In this document: positions 1 to 11,625 of the stretch, piece after piece | How positions within the stretch are numbered: the stretch's first letter is position 1 | Layout of the letters: the number at the start of each line of letters is the position of its first letter | Assembly: GCA_902569105.1 (NCBI GenBank) | Contig: CACFTE010000004.1 | Coordinates: 6,303-70,302, forward strand | DNA length: 64,000 bases | Direction: 5' to 3' | From: an uncultured Pelagibacteraceae bacterium | GTDB taxonomy: Bacteria; Pseudomonadota; Alphaproteobacteria; Pelagibacterales; Pelagibacteraceae | Made by a program: the position numbers and the translations under genes | The notes under the pieces: generated by a model | Seen by the model: only the letters and a program-made list of their open reading frames with translations | The model's database searches: none | Told to the model about the DNA's origin: nothing

Positions 1-1
1 T

Positions 2-577
2 CCTAATAGATCATGTCATATAATGTTAGTTAAATTTGATGATGGAGATATGGCATATTACTTGGCTCCACAAAAAATTAAAGTTGGAGATAAAATTCAA
101 AACGGTCCCAATTCGGAAATAAAAAATGGAAATGCCTTGCCATTAAAGGATATTCCCGTTGGAATAAATATCCACAATGTTGAACTACAACCTGGAGCTG
201 GAGGGAAAATTGCAAGAGCTGCTGGAGCTAGTGTAACTATATCAGGATCTGATGGAAATTATTCAATAATTAAAATGACTTCAGGAGAAATAAGAAAAAT
301 TGACTCTAGGTGCCTAGCTACAATAGGAGTTTTGTCTAATCCAGATCAAAAAAATATTAGTATTGGTAAAGCTGGTAGATCTAGATGGTTAGGAAGAAGG
401 CCACACACAAGAGGTGTTGCAATGAACCCAGTAGATCATCCACACGGAGGTGGTGAAGGAAAAACGGCTGGTGGTAGACATCCGGTATCTCCAACTGGTG
501 TTTCTGCTAAAGGTTTAAAAACAAGAGATAACAAAAGAACTGATAGATTTATAATAAGAAGAAAGGTTAAAAAATAA
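2..577 (+). CDS. rplB: 50S ribosomal protein L2 (5'-truncated by window edge)
   Basis: Frame open from base 2 (PNRSCHIM...); [17 protein letters not shown] motif. Confidence 0.98.
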   Translation, partial: PNRSCHIMLVKFDDGDMAYYLAPQKIKVGDKIQNGPNSEIKNGNALPLKDIPVGINIHNVELQPGAGGKIARAAGASVTISGSDGNYSIIKMTSGEIRKIDSRCLATIGVLSNPDQKNISIGKAGRSRWLGRRPHTRGVAMNPVDHPHGGGEGKTAGGRHPVSPTGVSAKGLKTRDNKRTDRFIIRRKVKK

Positions 578-579
578 TT

Positions 580-882
580 ATGGCTAGATCTGTTTGGAAA
601 GGACCGTTTGTTGAAGAAAGTTTGATTAAAAAAGTTGAAAAGGAAAAAAATAATCCTAATAGAAAACCTATTAAAACGTGGTCCAGAAAGTCTACAATTT
701 TACCAGACTTCGTAGGAGTAAGCTTTTTAATTTACAATGGTAAAAAATTTATTCCTATAACAATTTCTGAAGATATGGTGGGGCATAAATTTGGTGAGTT
801 TGCTCCGACAAGACAATTTTTCGGTCATACACCAGCTGATAAAAAGGCTAAAGAAACTGCACCAACAACTGATAAAAAATAA
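580..882 (+). CDS. rpsS: 30S ribosomal protein S19
   Basis: [32 protein letters not shown]; S10 operon order. Confidence 0.98.
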   Translation: MARSVWKGPFVEESLIKKVEKEKNNPNRKPIKTWSRKSTILPDFVGVSFLIYNGKKFIPITISEDMVGHKFGEFAPTRQFFGHTPADKKAKETAPTTDKK

Positions 883-885
883 TTT

Positions 886-1284
886 ATGAATAAAAATAAA
901 AAAAATAATATTGATTTAAAAACAGTGAGAGCAGTAAATAAAAATATAAGATCAAGTACAAGAAAATTATCACCTATATTGAAATCAATTGTAGGAAAAA
1001 AAGCAGACCAGGCTATAAGAGATCTATCATTTTCTGAAAAAAGAATATCAAAAGATATTAAAAAAACACTTTCCTCTGCTGTTGCAAATGCAGAAAATAA
1101 TTATCAATATGATATAGATAAATTAATTGTTAAAGAGGCTTTTTGTGGAAAACAGATTATTATGAAGAGGTTCAGAGCAAGAGCGAAAGGAAGAGCGTCT
1201 CCAATAATGAAACCTTATTCAAATGTAACAATTATACTATCAGAAAAAAAACAGGAGTTAAAACAAGATGGGACAAAAAGTTAA
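886..1284 (+). CDS. rplV: 50S ribosomal protein L22
   Basis: [23 protein letters not shown]. Confidence 0.97.
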   Translation: MNKNKKNNIDLKTVRAVNKNIRSSTRKLSPILKSIVGKKADQAIRDLSFSEKRISKDIKKTLSSAVANAENNYQYDIDKLIVKEAFCGKQIIMKRFRARAKGRASPIMKPYSNVTIILSEKKQELKQDGTKS

Positions 1285-1927
1285 TCCAATAGGTTTAAGA
1301 CTTGGCATCAATAAAGGCTGGGATTCAGTATGGTATGCTAATAAGAAAAATTTTGGAAACTATTTAATAGAGGATTTTAAAATAAGAGAACATATTAAAA
1401 AAACAGTTGTTAACTCGGGTGTTTCTAAAGTCATGATCGAAAGAACTTCAAAAAAATGTTTTGTAACAATTTATACTTCAAGACCAGGCTTTGTAATTGG
1501 AAAAAAGGGGAGTGATATTGAAAAAATAAAGAAAAAACTGTCTGATATAACTTCAAACGAAGTAGTTTTAAATATTAAAGAAGTAAAAAAACCTGAAACC
1601 AATAGTTACTTAGTTGCAGAAAATATCGCACAACAATTAGTAAAAAGAGTTTCATACAGAAAGGCAATGAAGAGAGCTATGCAATCTGCAATTAGATTAG
1701 GAGCTAAAGGAATTAAGGTTGCATTAAGTGGTAGATTAGGTGGTAATGAAATTGCTCGAACTGAATGGTTAAGAGATGGAGCAATACCATCACATACACT
1801 TAGAGCAGATATTGATTATGCAGAAGCAGAGGCTTTAACTACATACGGAATTATTGGAGTTAAAGTTTGGATATATAAAGGAGAAATATTTACTAAGGAG
1901 TTTAGTCAAGAAACTAATAAAAATTAA
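1268..1927 (+). CDS. rpsC: 30S ribosomal protein S3
   Basis: [35 protein letters not shown]. Confidence 0.98.
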   Translation: MGQKVNPIGLRLGINKGWDSVWYANKKNFGNYLIEDFKIREHIKKTVVNSGVSKVMIERTSKKCFVTIYTSRPGFVIGKKGSDIEKIKKKLSDITSNEVVLNIKEVKKPETNSYLVAENIAQQLVKRVSYRKAMKRAMQSAIRLGAKGIKVALSGRLGGNEIARTEWLRDGAIPSHTLRADIDYAEAEALTTYGIIGVKVWIYKGEIFTKEFSQETNKN

Positions 1928-1929
1928 TT

Positions 1930-2337
1930 ATGTTACAACCAACAAGAACAAAATTTAGAAAAGCACACAAAGGAAGAATTCACGGCGTAGCTTCAAGATG
2001 TAATTTGATGAACTATGGAGCTTATGGTTTGAAAGCAATACAACCTGATAGAGTAATATCAAAACAAATAGAAGCTGCCAGGGTAGCTTTGACGAGACAT
2101 ATGAAAAGACAAGGAAGAGTTTGGACAAGAGTATTTCCAAATATTCCTGTCTCAAAAAAACCTACAGAGGTGAGAATGGGAAAAGGAAAAGGTTCACCTG
2201 AATTTTGGGCTTGTAGAGTAAAACCAGGAAGAATTTTATTTGAAGTTGACGGTGTATCGGAGGAGATTGCAAAAGAAGCTTTATATAAAGCATCAGCAAA
2301 GCTTCCAATTAAATGTAAATTTATAAAGAGAATATAA
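1930..2337 (+). CDS. rplP: 50S ribosomal protein L16
   Basis: [22 protein letters not shown]. Confidence 0.98.
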   Translation: MLQPTRTKFRKAHKGRIHGVASRCNLMNYGAYGLKAIQPDRVISKQIEAARVALTRHMKRQGRVWTRVFPNIPVSKKPTEVRMGKGKGSPEFWACRVKPGRILFEVDGVSEEIAKEALYKASAKLPIKCKFIKRI

Positions 2338-2525
2338 TGAAGAAAAAAGAGATAAAAAAATTGACACAAAGCGAGATTATTAAAAATTTAGAAGTATTTA
2401 AAAAAGACTTATTTAATTTAAGATTTCAAAAAAATAATGGACAATTAAAAAGTCCTGCAAAATTTAAGGAAACAAGAAAAAATATAGCTAGACTTAAAAC
2501 AATTATGAGAGGTAAAAATGCCTAA
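2337..2525 (+). CDS. rpmC: 50S ribosomal protein L29
   Basis: LFNLRFQ...RKNIARLKT; position after rplP. Confidence 0.96.
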   Translation: MKKKEIKKLTQSEIIKNLEVFKKDLFNLRFQKNNGQLKSPAKFKETRKNIARLKTIMRGKNA

Positions 2526-2754
2526 AAAAATTTTAGAGGGAACTGTGGTGAGTGACAAAGGAGATAAGTCAATAACAGTTATGGTTGAAAGAAAATTTCA
2601 ACATCCAATATTACAAAAGGTTGTAAAAACTAAAAAAAAATATCACGTTCATGACGAAAAAAATACTTATAAAACTGGTGATAAAGTATCAATAATAGAG
2701 TCAAGACCAATTTCAAAAACAAAAAAATTTAAAGTTTTAGAGGAAAAAAGATGA
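2518..2754 (+). CDS. rpsQ: 30S ribosomal protein S17
   Basis: [23 protein letters not shown]. Confidence 0.97.
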   Translation: MPKKILEGTVVSDKGDKSITVMVERKFQHPILQKVVKTKKKYHVHDEKNTYKTGDKVSIIESRPISKTKKFKVLEEKR

Positions 2755-3119
2755 TTCAAGTTCAAACAGAATTAATGGTTGCTGATAACACTGGTGCAAA
2801 AAAAGTTGAGTGTATCAAGGTTTTGGGCGGTTCTAAACGTAGATACGCAAGCATAGGTGATATAATTAAAGTATCAGTCAAAGAAGCAATTCCAAAAGGT
2901 AAAGTTAAAAAAGGATCAGTGCATAATGCAGTTGTGGTAAGAGTCAAAAAAGGAATTTACAGGAATGATGGTTCTAAAGTCAAGTTTGATAACAATGCAG
3001 CAGTACTAACTGACGACAAAGGTGAGCCAATTGGAACAAGAATTTTTGGTCCAGTTACAAGGGAATTAAGATTGAGGGGGCAAATGAAAATAATTTCTTT
3101 AGCACCGGAGGTACTCTAA
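2751..3119 (+). CDS. rplN: 50S ribosomal protein L14
   Basis: [26 protein letters not shown]. Confidence 0.98.
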   Translation: MIQVQTELMVADNTGAKKVECIKVLGGSKRRYASIGDIIKVSVKEAIPKGKVKKGSVHNAVVVRVKKGIYRNDGSKVKFDNNAAVLTDDKGEPIGTRIFGPVTRELRLRGQMKIISLAPEVL

Positions 3120-3371
3120 ATGATTAAAAAAGGATCTAAGGTAAAAATATTAATAGGCAAGGATAAAAAGAAAGAGGGAGAAATTATTGAAATTGACAGA
3201 CCTAATAATAGAGCAAAAATTAAAGGTCTAAACTTAATTAAAAAACATATGAAAACTACCAAAGAAAAAAAGGGTGGTATCGTAACAAAGGAAAATTTTA
3301 TAAATATTTCTAATTTAGCACTAGTAGAGGCAGCAAAAGAAACAAAAAAAACAAAAAAGATTAAAGCATGA
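3120..3371 (+). CDS. rplX: 50S ribosomal protein L24 (short, 83 aa)
   Basis: KOW motif [23 protein letters not shown]; spc operon order. Confidence 0.95.
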   Translation: MIKKGSKVKILIGKDKKKEGEIIEIDRPNNRAKIKGLNLIKKHMKTTKEKKGGIVTKENFINISNLALVEAAKETKKTKKIKA

Positions 3372-3922
3372 TACCAAGATTAAAAGAATTGTACACTAAA
3401 GATATTATATCTAATTTAAAAACTAAATTTGGATATAAAAATATAAATATGGGACCTAAATTAGAAAAGATAGTAATTAATATGGGTCTAGGACTTGATG
3501 GAAACGATAACAAAATTTTGAAATCTTGTGAAAATGATTTATCTTTACTCACTGGCCAAAAACCTGTCCTAACAAAATTTAAAAAATCTATATCTAATTT
3601 TAAAACAAGAAAAGGAACAACTGCAGGATTAAAAGTATCTTTAAGAAAAGATCGAATGTATGAATTTTTAGATAGATTAGTAAATATTGCACTTCCTAGA
3701 ATAAAGGATTTTAGGGGATTGTCTAAAAAAGGTTTCGACAAAAAAGGAAATTACACTTTTGGTATTAAAGAACATATAATTTTTCCTGAAGTAAATTTTG
3801 ATAAGGTTGATAAGATAAGAGGTTTAGATATTACTTTAGTGATTAAATCACAAGGTGTCGATCATAGTTACGAACTTTTAAAACAATTTAACTTCCCATT
3901 TAAAGAAAAGGAGACTAACTAA
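3368..3922 (+). CDS. rplE: 50S ribosomal protein L5
   Basis: [30 protein letters not shown]. Confidence 0.98.
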   Translation: MIPRLKELYTKDIISNLKTKFGYKNINMGPKLEKIVINMGLGLDGNDNKILKSCENDLSLLTGQKPVLTKFKKSISNFKTRKGTTAGLKVSLRKDRMYEFLDRLVNIALPRIKDFRGLSKKGFDKKGNYTFGIKEHIIFPEVNFDKVDKIRGLDITLVIKSQGVDHSYELLKQFNFPFKEKETN

Positions 3923-4227
3923 TGGCAAAATTAAGTTCTATAAATAAAAATAATAGAAGGATTAAACTTTCAAAGAGATTTCTTAATAAAAGAAAAAAAT
4001 TAAAAAAGATAATTATGGATAAAAAAATTCCACTAGAAGAAAGATTTAAAGCACAACAAAAATTAGCAAAAATGCCAAGAAATTCTGCAAAAATTAGAGT
4101 TGTAAACAGATGTCAAATAACAGGAAGACCTCATGGTGTATATAGAAAATTGAAAATATCTAGAATAGCACTTAGAAAATTGACTTTAGAGGGTAAAATT
4201 CCTGGAATGGTAAAATCAAGTTGGTAA
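3922..4227 (+). CDS. rpsN: 30S ribosomal protein S14 (long, Zn-free type)
   Basis: [22 protein letters not shown]. Confidence 0.98.
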   Translation: MAKLSSINKNNRRIKLSKRFLNKRKKLKKIIMDKKIPLEERFKAQQKLAKMPRNSAKIRVVNRCQITGRPHGVYRKLKISRIALRKLTLEGKIPGMVKSSW

Positions 4228-4236
4228 AGGAGAAAA

Positions 4237-4632
4237 ATGAGTTTAAGTGATCCAATAGGAGATATGATAGCTAGAATTAAAAATGCTAGCCTTAGAAATT
4301 ATAAAAAAGTAACAATGCCTTCTTCAAAATTTAAGATGAAAATAGTAGAAGTTCTTAAAAATGAAGGATACATTATCAATTACAAGATTGATAGCCATGA
4401 GGGTAAAGATAACTTGGAAATTGATCTCAAATACAATTCTGGAAATCCTGTGATAAACTCAATTCAACGAGTTTCAAAACCTGGCAGAAGAATTTTTTCT
4501 AGCGCTGAGAGTCTACCTAAAGTTAGCAATGGTCTAGGTATTGCTATCATCTCTACACCAAAGGGCGTAATGACCGATCAAGAAGCAAGGAAAAATCAAG
4601 TTGGTGGTGAAATAATTTGTAAGGTATTTTAA
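4237..4632 (+). CDS. rpsH: 30S ribosomal protein S8
   Basis: DPIGDMIARIKNA, SKPGRR, GGEIICKVF; AAAGGAG SD upstream. Confidence 0.98.
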   Translation: MSLSDPIGDMIARIKNASLRNYKKVTMPSSKFKMKIVEVLKNEGYIINYKIDSHEGKDNLEIDLKYNSGNPVINSIQRVSKPGRRIFSSAESLPKVSNGLGIAIISTPKGVMTDQEARKNQVGGEIICKVF

Positions 4633-5171
4633 TGTCAAAAATAGGTAAAATAAATATTTCTATCCCAGAAAAAGTGAAAGTGACTTTAGATGGTTCGAAT
4701 TTAAAAATGGAAGGACCATTAGGAAAAAGTAATTTACCTTTAGATATAAATTTATTTGATCTAGATATTAAAGAAGGAAAAGAAGTATCAATTAAACCAA
4801 AATCTATTGACCAAAATATCAAAAGAATATGGGGTTTAAATAGAAGTTTAATTAATAACGCTATTAAGGGTGTAAATGAGGGCTATTCAAAAGTGCTTGA
4901 ATTAAATGGTGTAGGTTTTAGAGCAGCAGTAAAAGGGAATTTATTAAATCTTCAAATAGGTTTTAGCCATGATGTTAATTACCAAATACCTGAAGGTATT
5001 AAGATAGTTGTAGAAAAACAAACAACAATTAAAATAAGTGGATCCAACAAACAATTAGTTGGATCTGTAGCTGCAAAAATAAAATCATATAAAAAAACTG
5101 AACCGTACAAAGGCAAGGGTATAAAAGAACAAGGTGAATATATACTTAGAAAAGAAGGAAAAAAGAAATAA
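4632..5171 (+). CDS. rplF: 50S ribosomal protein L6
   Basis: [27 protein letters not shown]. Confidence 0.98.
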   Translation: MSKIGKINISIPEKVKVTLDGSNLKMEGPLGKSNLPLDINLFDLDIKEGKEVSIKPKSIDQNIKRIWGLNRSLINNAIKGVNEGYSKVLELNGVGFRAAVKGNLLNLQIGFSHDVNYQIPEGIKIVVEKQTTIKISGSNKQLVGSVAAKIKSYKKTEPYKGKGIKEQGEYILRKEGKKK

Positions 5172-5524
5172 TGAAACTTAATTCGATAACAAGAAAAAAA
5201 TTTAGAGTTAGAAACAGGCTAAAACAAAATAATCCAAACAATAGGATGAGATTAACTGTCTCAAGATCATCCAAAAATATTTCTGCACAGATTATAGATG
5301 ATAAAAATAATAAAACATTGATATCTGCTACATCAAACTCTAAAAACTTAAAAAGTTTGAAGAAGAAAAAAACAGAATTATCTGAAATTGTTGCTAATCA
5401 ACTTGCAGAGAAAGCTAAAGAAAAAAAAATTACTAAAGTATATTTTGATAGAGGTGTATATAAATATCATGGTAGAATCAAAATATTTGCTGATACATTA
5501 AGAAAACATGGGATGGAATTTTAG
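5171..5524 (+). CDS. rplR: 50S ribosomal protein L18
   Basis: [30 protein letters not shown]. Confidence 0.97.
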   Translation: MKLNSITRKKFRVRNRLKQNNPNNRMRLTVSRSSKNISAQIIDDKNNKTLISATSNSKNLKSLKKKKTELSEIVANQLAEKAKEKKITKVYFDRGVYKYHGRIKIFADTLRKHGMEF

Positions 5525-5526
5525 TT

Positions 5527-6030
5527 ATGGAAAAAAATAACAATGAATTTTTAGAGAAATTAGTTCATATTAATAGAATAACGAAGGTTGTTAAAGGTGG
5601 AAGAAGATTTGGTTTTTCAGCTTTAGTGGTAGTTGGAAATCAAAATGGACAAATCGGTGTAGCGCATGCTAAAGCAAAACAAGTACCGGACGCTATTAAA
5701 AAGGCTAACGAGTTAGCTAGAAGAAAGCTAGTCAAAATTCCATTAAGAGATGGAAGAACTATTCATCATGATGTTTTCAGCAAAGATGGTGCAGGAAAAG
5801 TTATATTAAGATCAGCACCAAAAGGTACTGGTATCATTGCGGGTGGTCCTATAAGAGCAATTTGTGAAGTGTTAGGTATTAAGGATATAGTTGCAAAATC
5901 TTTGGGTACCGGAAATCCCCACAATGTAATCAGAGCATCTTTGAAAGCTCTTAAATTACAACAGTCGCCAAAAACTATTTCTTATACTAGAAATAAAAAA
6001 ATTTCAGAAATAGTTGAAAAAAGAGGATAA
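5527..6030 (+). CDS. rpsE: 30S ribosomal protein S5
   Basis: INRITKVVKGGRRFGFSALVVVG, GTGIIAGG. Confidence 0.98.
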   Translation: MEKNNNEFLEKLVHINRITKVVKGGRRFGFSALVVVGNQNGQIGVAHAKAKQVPDAIKKANELARRKLVKIPLRDGRTIHHDVFSKDGAGKVILRSAPKGTGIIAGGPIRAICEVLGIKDIVAKSLGTGNPHNVIRASLKALKLQQSPKTISYTRNKKISEIVEKRG

Positions 6031-6031
6031 A

Positions 6032-6487
6032 ATGAATTTAAATTCGAAAATCAAAACGAAAGAAATTAAAAAAAGAGTAGGAAGAGGTATCGGTAGCGGC
6101 AAAGGCAAAACCTCAGGAAGAGGTGTTAAAGGGCAAAAATCTAGAAGAGGAGTAGCAATTAAAAGTTTTGAAGGTGGTCAAATGCCTTTATACAGAAGAC
6201 TTCCAAAAAGAGGATTTAATCCAATAAAGAATAAACAGTATGCAGTTATAAATTTATCAAAAATTCAAGCTTTGATTGACAAAAAAATAATCTCTCCAAC
6301 AAGCAAAATTGATATTAAACTTTTAAAAGAAAACAAAATAATAAAGCAAAATATTAAAAAATTTAAAATTTTAGGAATGGGTGAAATTAAAGCAAAAATT
6401 AACCTAGATACTGATATGCTTACAAAAACAGCTAAAGATAAATTGTCAAAATCAGGTTCAATATTTATATCAAAAAATAATACCTAA
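6032..6487 (+). CDS. rplO: 50S ribosomal protein L15
   Basis: RVGRGIGSGKGKTSGRG, FEGGQMPLYRRLPKRGF; ATG at 6032 after AGAGGA preferred to TTG at 6014. Confidence 0.97.
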   Translation: MNLNSKIKTKEIKKRVGRGIGSGKGKTSGRGVKGQKSRRGVAIKSFEGGQMPLYRRLPKRGFNPIKNKQYAVINLSKIQALIDKKIISPTSKIDIKLLKENKIIKQNIKKFKILGMGEIKAKINLDTDMLTKTAKDKLSKSGSIFISKNNT

Positions 6488-7764
6488 TGAGCTCAAGTAG
6501 TCAGAACGATTTACGAAATAGAATTCTTTTTACCATATTTGTTTTAGCAATTTATAGACTAGGAACATTTGTTCCTTTGCCAGGAATAGATCCTAACCAA
6601 CTTCAAGTTTTAATGGAAGGAAATCAGAAAGGTTTATTAGGTATGTTCAATGTATTTGCGGGTGGAGCCATTAGCAGAATGGCAATTTTTGCACTAGGTA
6701 TTATGCCGTATATATCCTCTTCGATAATAGTCCAATTATTGACAGGAGTATCAGATTATTTCAAAAATTTGAAATCGCAGGGAGAAAAAGGTAGACAAAA
6801 AATTACACAAATCACACGTTACGGAACTGTATTATTAGCTACAGTCCAAGGTTATGGTTTAGCTGTAGGATTAGAGTCGTCAGCAAATCTAGTTATCAAC
6901 CCTGGAATGTTTTTTAAAATTTCAACGGTTACTACAATCGTTGCTGGTACAATATTTTTGATGTGGTTAGGAGAACAAATCACACAAAGGGGAATTGGAA
7001 ATGGAATTTCTCTTATAATCTTTTCTGGTATTGTTGCTGAGATACCAAGAGCCTTAGCAACAACATTTGAACTTGGAAGAACAGGTGCTTTATCAACTTT
7101 AATTATTATATCAATATTTATAATTTTAATTTTGACAATTATGTTTATTGTTTTCATGGAGAGAGCTTTAAGAAAAATACCAATTAATTATCCTAAAAGA
7201 CAAGTAGGAAATAAAATATATGGAGGAGATTCATCTCATCTTCCACTTAAAATTAATTCAGCAGGAGTAATACCAGCAATCTTTGCATCCGCATTATTAT
7301 TATTGCCAATTACTTTTTCAAATTTTAATATTTCTCAAAATGAAACATTCTTAAATATTGCTTCATTTTTCTCTCAGGGTCAGCCGCTTTATATGCTCTT
7401 ATATGCATCTGGTATAATTTTTTTTACTTTTTTTTACACATCAATTACTTTTAACCCCAATGAAACAGCAGAAAATTTAAGAAAATATGGTGGATTTATT
7501 CCAGGAATAAGACCTGGTGAAAGTACTGCTCTTTATATAGAAAATATTTTAACAAAGCTAACAACTATTGGCGCATTATATTTAACGTTAGTTTGTTTAA
7601 TGCCAGAGTTTTTGATCGCTAATTATCCAATACCTTTTTATTTAGGCGGTACTTCAATTTTAATTGTTGTAGTTGTTGCTATAGATACTGTAACTCAAAT
7701 TCAAACTAGATTAATGAGCTCTCAATACGAGCAATTAATTAAAAAAACACAATTTGGAAAGTAA
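6487..7764 (+). CDS. secY: Preprotein translocase subunit SecY
   Basis: ALGIMPYISSSII, WLGEQIT-RGIGNGISL, GGFIPGIRPG, GGTSILI. Confidence 0.98.
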   Translation: MSSSSQNDLRNRILFTIFVLAIYRLGTFVPLPGIDPNQLQVLMEGNQKGLLGMFNVFAGGAISRMAIFALGIMPYISSSIIVQLLTGVSDYFKNLKSQGEKGRQKITQITRYGTVLLATVQGYGLAVGLESSANLVINPGMFFKISTVTTIVAGTIFLMWLGEQITQRGIGNGISLIIFSGIVAEIPRALATTFELGRTGALSTLIIISIFIILILTIMFIVFMERALRKIPINYPKRQVGNKIYGGDSSHLPLKINSAGVIPAIFASALLLLPITFSNFNISQNETFLNIASFFSQGQPLYMLLYASGIIFFTFFYTSITFNPNETAENLRKYGGFIPGIRPGESTALYIENILTKLTTIGALYLTLVCLMPEFLIANYPIPFYLGGTSILIVVVVAIDTVTQIQTRLMSSQYEQLIKKTQFGK

Positions 7765-8328
7765 GTGAATATCATTTTGTTTGGTCCTCCTGGTGCTGGT
7801 AAAGGGACTCAATCACAATATCTAGTTAAAAAAATTAATGGTTTCCAAATTTCAACAGGCGATATCTTGAGAGATGAAATAAAAAAAGATACTAAAATAG
7901 GTAAAATGATAATTAATGATATGAATGATGGGAAATTTGTTAGTGATCAAATTGTTAACGAAATAATAAAAAATATTATTTTTGATACAAATAAAAAAGA
8001 TAGATTAATATTTGATGGATATCCAAGATCACTTAGTCAAGCCAAAAGTTTAGACTCAATGTTAAATCAATCAAATCAAAAGATAGATTTTATTTTTTTT
8101 CTTAACGTTAATAAAGATACAATAATTAAAAGAATTGAAAAAAGAAAAGTTATTGAGAATAGGGTAGATGATGAATTAAATACTATTCTTAAACGTTATG
8201 ATACATATATGGAAACAACTAAGCCTGTCCTAGAATTCTACTCTAAAAATTCGAATTTTCATGAAATCGACGGATCTCACGAAATTGATCAAATAACTAG
8301 AAAAATCGACACTTTTATCAATGTTTAA
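7765..8328 (+). CDS. adk: Adenylate kinase, short LID-less type
   Basis: GTG start; GPPGAGKGTQ P-loop, STGDILR, DGYPR, RVDD. Confidence 0.96.
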   Translation: MNIILFGPPGAGKGTQSQYLVKKINGFQISTGDILRDEIKKDTKIGKMIINDMNDGKFVSDQIVNEIIKNIIFDTNKKDRLIFDGYPRSLSQAKSLDSMLNQSNQKIDFIFFLNVNKDTIIKRIEKRKVIENRVDDELNTILKRYDTYMETTKPVLEFYSKNSNFHEIDGSHEIDQITRKIDTFINV

Positions 8329-8332
8329 GACG

Positions 8333-8360
8333 TTGACTTTGATAAAAGTTATTATATAAA
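8333..8360 (+). promoter_or_regulatory. Putative sigma70 promoter of the alpha operon
   Basis: TTGACT(8333-8338), 16 nt spacer, TATAAA(8355-8360) in the only sizeable spacer of the ribosomal cluster. Confidence 0.5.
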
Positions 8361-8384
8361 AGTCACAATTTTATCACAAAAACT

Positions 8385-8768
8385 ATGGCTCGTATTGCAG
8401 GTGTAAACATCCCACAAAATAAACTGGTTCATATTGGGCTTACATATATTTACGGTATTGGTGATAAGTTTTCTCAACAAATATGTAATGCACTAAATAT
8501 ACCTTCTTCAAAAAGAGTAAATGAATTGACCGACGATGAAATCTTAAAAATAAGAGAATATATAGATGGTAATTTTACCGTTGAAGGTGATTTAAGAAGA
8601 GACAACTCTTTAAGTATTAAAAGATTAATTGATTTAGCGTGTTATAGAGGATCAAGACATAAAAAAAAATTACCAGTAAGAGGTCAGAGAACTAGATGCA
8701 ATGCTCGTACAAGAAAAGGTAAAGCAATAGCGATAGCTGGAAAAAAACTAACTCCATTAAAAAAATAA
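8385..8768 (+). CDS. rpsM: 30S ribosomal protein S13
   Basis: [26 protein letters not shown]. Confidence 0.98.
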   Translation: MARIAGVNIPQNKLVHIGLTYIYGIGDKFSQQICNALNIPSSKRVNELTDDEILKIREYIDGNFTVEGDLRRDNSLSIKRLIDLACYRGSRHKKKLPVRGQRTRCNARTRKGKAIAIAGKKLTPLKK

Positions 8769-8775
8769 TTGAACT

Positions 8776-9228
8776 ATGGCAAAAGATAAAGAAGAAAGTA
8801 AAAATAAAGTTAAATCTGTTGTAAGTGAAAAAGACAACGTTAAGAAAAAAAGCTTTTCTAAAAAGAAAAAAGCAAAGAAAAATATATTAAATGGAATTGC
8901 ATACGTTCAGTCAACATTTAATAATACAATAGTTTCTATTGCAGACACTAATGGCAATGTGGTTTCTTGGGCTTCAGCAGGTCAAAAAGGATTTAAGGGA
9001 TCAAGAAAATCAACACCATATGCAGCTCAAGTTGCAGCAGATGCTGCAGCGGTTAAAGCATTAGAATGTGGAATGAAAATTTTATCAGTTGAAGTAAAAG
9101 GACCAGGATCTGGAAGAGAAACAGCTTTAAGGGCATTACAGGCGAGAGGTTTTAAAATTACTTCAATTAAAGACACAACACCTATGCCTCATAATGGAAC
9201 TAGACCACCAAAAAAAAGGAGAGTTTAA
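8776..9228 (+). CDS. rpsK: 30S ribosomal protein S11 (Lys-rich N-terminal extension)
   Basis: [33 protein letters not shown]. Confidence 0.98.
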   Translation: MAKDKEESKNKVKSVVSEKDNVKKKSFSKKKKAKKNILNGIAYVQSTFNNTIVSIADTNGNVVSWASAGQKGFKGSRKSTPYAAQVAADAAAVKALECGMKILSVEVKGPGSGRETALRALQARGFKITSIKDTTPMPHNGTRPPKKRRV

Positions 9229-10257
9229 ATGGAAACTAATAATGTAAATATAAAGAATTGGAAATCGTTAATAAAACCTTCTAAAATAGATGTTGACCAA
9301 AACGATGATAAAACTTTTGCAAAAGTTATTGCTGAACCTCTCGAAAAAGGTTATGGATTAACAATAGGTAATTCTTTAAGAAGAATTTTACTTTCATCAA
9401 TTAGAGGAACTGCTGTCACAGCTATACAAATTGATGGTGTTCAACATGAATATAGCTCAATTAAAGGTGTAAGAGAAGATGTTACAGATATCGTATTAAA
9501 TATTAAATCACTTGCTTTAAAAAGTAGTTTTGAAGGAACAAAAAAACTAATTTTAGATGCCAAAGGACCTGGTGAAATAAAAGCATCACAAATTACACCG
9601 GTTTCAGATATTGAAATACTTAATCCTGATTTGGTAATATGTAATCTAGACGAAAATACGAATTTTCATATGGAGCTGTTTGTTGGTAACGGCAAAGGAT
9701 ATGTTTCAGCTGAACTCAATAAACCCGAAGAACCTCCACTCGGTCTTATACCTATAGACTCATTATTTAGCCCAGTGAAGAAAGTTTCTTACTCTGTTAG
9801 CACAGCAAGAGAAGGAAAAGCACTAGATTATGATAAGTTAACAATGGAGATTGAGACCAATGGATCAATAACAGCAGAGGATGCTTTAGCTTACTCAGCT
9901 AGAATTTTCCAAGATCAACTTGGCATGTTTGTGAACTTTGATGAGCCACAAGAAATAAAAATTCAAGATCAGCCAAAAGAACCAGAGTTCAATCAAAATT
10001 TATTGCGAAAAGTCGATGAACTAGAATTATCTGTCAGATCGATGAATTGTTTAAAAAATGATAATATCATTTACATAGGTGACCTTGTACAGAAATCTGA
10101 AGGCGAAATGCTTAGAACTCCAAACTTTGGAAGAAAATCATTAAATGAAATTAAAGAAGTTTTAAGTGGAATGTCATTGTATTTGGGTATGGAAATTCCA
10201 AATTGGCCTCCCGACAACATAGCTGAATTATCAAAAAAATTAGAAGATGCAATTTAG
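9229..10257 (+). CDS. rpoA: RNA polymerase alpha subunit
   Basis: [44 protein letters not shown]. Confidence 0.98.
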   Translation: METNNVNIKNWKSLIKPSKIDVDQNDDKTFAKVIAEPLEKGYGLTIGNSLRRILLSSIRGTAVTAIQIDGVQHEYSSIKGVREDVTDIVLNIKSLALKSSFEGTKKLILDAKGPGEIKASQITPVSDIEILNPDLVICNLDENTNFHMELFVGNGKGYVSAELNKPEEPPLGLIPIDSLFSPVKKVSYSVSTAREGKALDYDKLTMEIETNGSITAEDALAYSARIFQDQLGMFVNFDEPQEIKIQDQPKEPEFNQNLLRKVDELELSVRSMNCLKNDNIIYIGDLVQKSEGEMLRTPNFGRKSLNEIKEVLSGMSLYLGMEIPNWPPDNIAELSKKLEDAI

Positions 10258-10260
10258 ATT

Positions 10261-10701
10261 ATGAGACATAGATTTGGACATAAAAAATTAAACAGAACTT
10301 CAGAACATAGAAAGGCACTTTTAAAAAATATGCTAAATTCTTTAGTAAAATACGAGCAAATAACCACAACTTTACCTAAAGCAAAAGTTTTAAGACCAGA
10401 AGCAGAGAAGCTTATAACAATTGGAAAAAAGGATACTTTAGCAAATACAAAAAGGCTTGTTTCTAAGTTACAAAATACCCAAACTGTTAATAAAATTAGA
10501 AAAATATTATCGAAAAGATATGTGTCAAGAAAAGGTGGTTATACAAGAATTATTAAAGCCGGTTTTAGATATGGTGATAATGCTCCATTGGCTATAATAG
10601 AATTTGTCGATAGAGATTTGGAAGCTAAAAGAGTTGATAGAAAAAAAATTAAAACTGAAGACAAAAAAAAAGATCAAGCTCCAGAACAAAAAACAGCCTA
10701 A
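10261..10701 (+). CDS. rplQ: 50S ribosomal protein L17
   Basis: MRHR..KKLNRTSEHRKA, GGYTRI, RYGDNAP. Confidence 0.98.
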   Translation: MRHRFGHKKLNRTSEHRKALLKNMLNSLVKYEQITTTLPKAKVLRPEAEKLITIGKKDTLANTKRLVSKLQNTQTVNKIRKILSKRYVSRKGGYTRIIKAGFRYGDNAPLAIIEFVDRDLEAKRVDRKKIKTEDKKKDQAPEQKTA

Positions 10702-10719
10702 TCATTAATATTAAACCTT

Positions 10720-11625
10720 ATGTCAGAGGTTATCACAATAGATACTTTATCAATTGGACTACGTATTGATAAATGGATTAAAATACATATAACAAAAATA
10801 CCACAAAGCTTAATTGAAAAAGATTTAAGAAAAGGAAAAATTAAAGTTAACAAAAAAAAAGTTAAAAGTTCCTATAAATTAAACAAGTCAGATAAGATTT
10901 ATTTATATAATGTTGCTTATAAAAATTTAATAAATAGTAAAAAAAAAATTTTACCACATTCAAATGTTATTAAAGATACAGAGAATGATATAATTGAGAA
11001 TAATTCTGATTTTATTGTAATCAACAAAAAATCTGGTCTACCTGTACAAGGTGGAACCAAAGTTAAAGAAAATTTAGTTAATATTCTTTCCAACAGTCAA
11101 TATTTTGAAAATACTCAACCTTATATAGTTCATAGAATAGATAAAGATACTTCAGGAATTTTAATTATTGCAAAAAATCGAAGTACAGCACAACAATTGA
11201 CTAGTTTATTTAGAATTAGAAAAATTCATAAAACTTACATTGCATTAAGTTATGGCCAAATTGATAAAATTAAGAATAAAATAGAAAATAATCTCATAAG
11301 ATATGACAAAAATAAAAAAATAGTTGAAAAAGCAATTACCCATTATCAATCTATAGATAGTAATAATAATTATACATTATTTAAATTAAAACCTATTACA
11401 GGGAGAAAACATCAAATTAGAAAACATCTTATTGATCTAAATTGTCCTGTTGTAGGTGATACAAAATACTTTATTAATAAACCAAAAAAAAGACATGAAC
11501 TTATGCTTCATGCTTATGAAATTAAGTTTATTTTAAATAATATAAAATATACATTTAAGGCAAACATACCTAAACATTTTAAAAATTTTTTGATTAAAAA
11601 TAATTTGAAGCAGAAAGATTTTTAA
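10720..11625 (+). CDS. rluC: RluA-family 23S rRNA pseudouridine synthase with S4 domain (RluC-like)
   Basis: RIDKW S4 domain, NKKSGLPVQGG, VHRIDKDTSG, TGRKHQIR. Confidence 0.88.
   Translation: MSEVITIDTLSIGLRIDKWIKIHITKIPQSLIEKDLRKGKIKVNKKKVKSSYKLNKSDKIYLYNVAYKNLINSKKKILPHSNVIKDTENDIIENNSDFIVINKKSGLPVQGGTKVKENLVNILSNSQYFENTQPYIVHRIDKDTSGILIIAKNRSTAQQLTSLFRIRKIHKTYIALSYGQIDKIKNKIENNLIRYDKNKKIVEKAITHYQSIDSNNNYTLFKLKPITGRKHQIRKHLIDLNCPVVGDTKYFINKPKKRHELMLHAYEIKFILNNIKYTFKANIPKHFKNFLIKNNLKQKDF

Noticed and set aside
8328-8385. Absence of rpmJ/infA here and of rpsD from the alpha operon
   Set aside because: Normal for Alphaproteobacteria.
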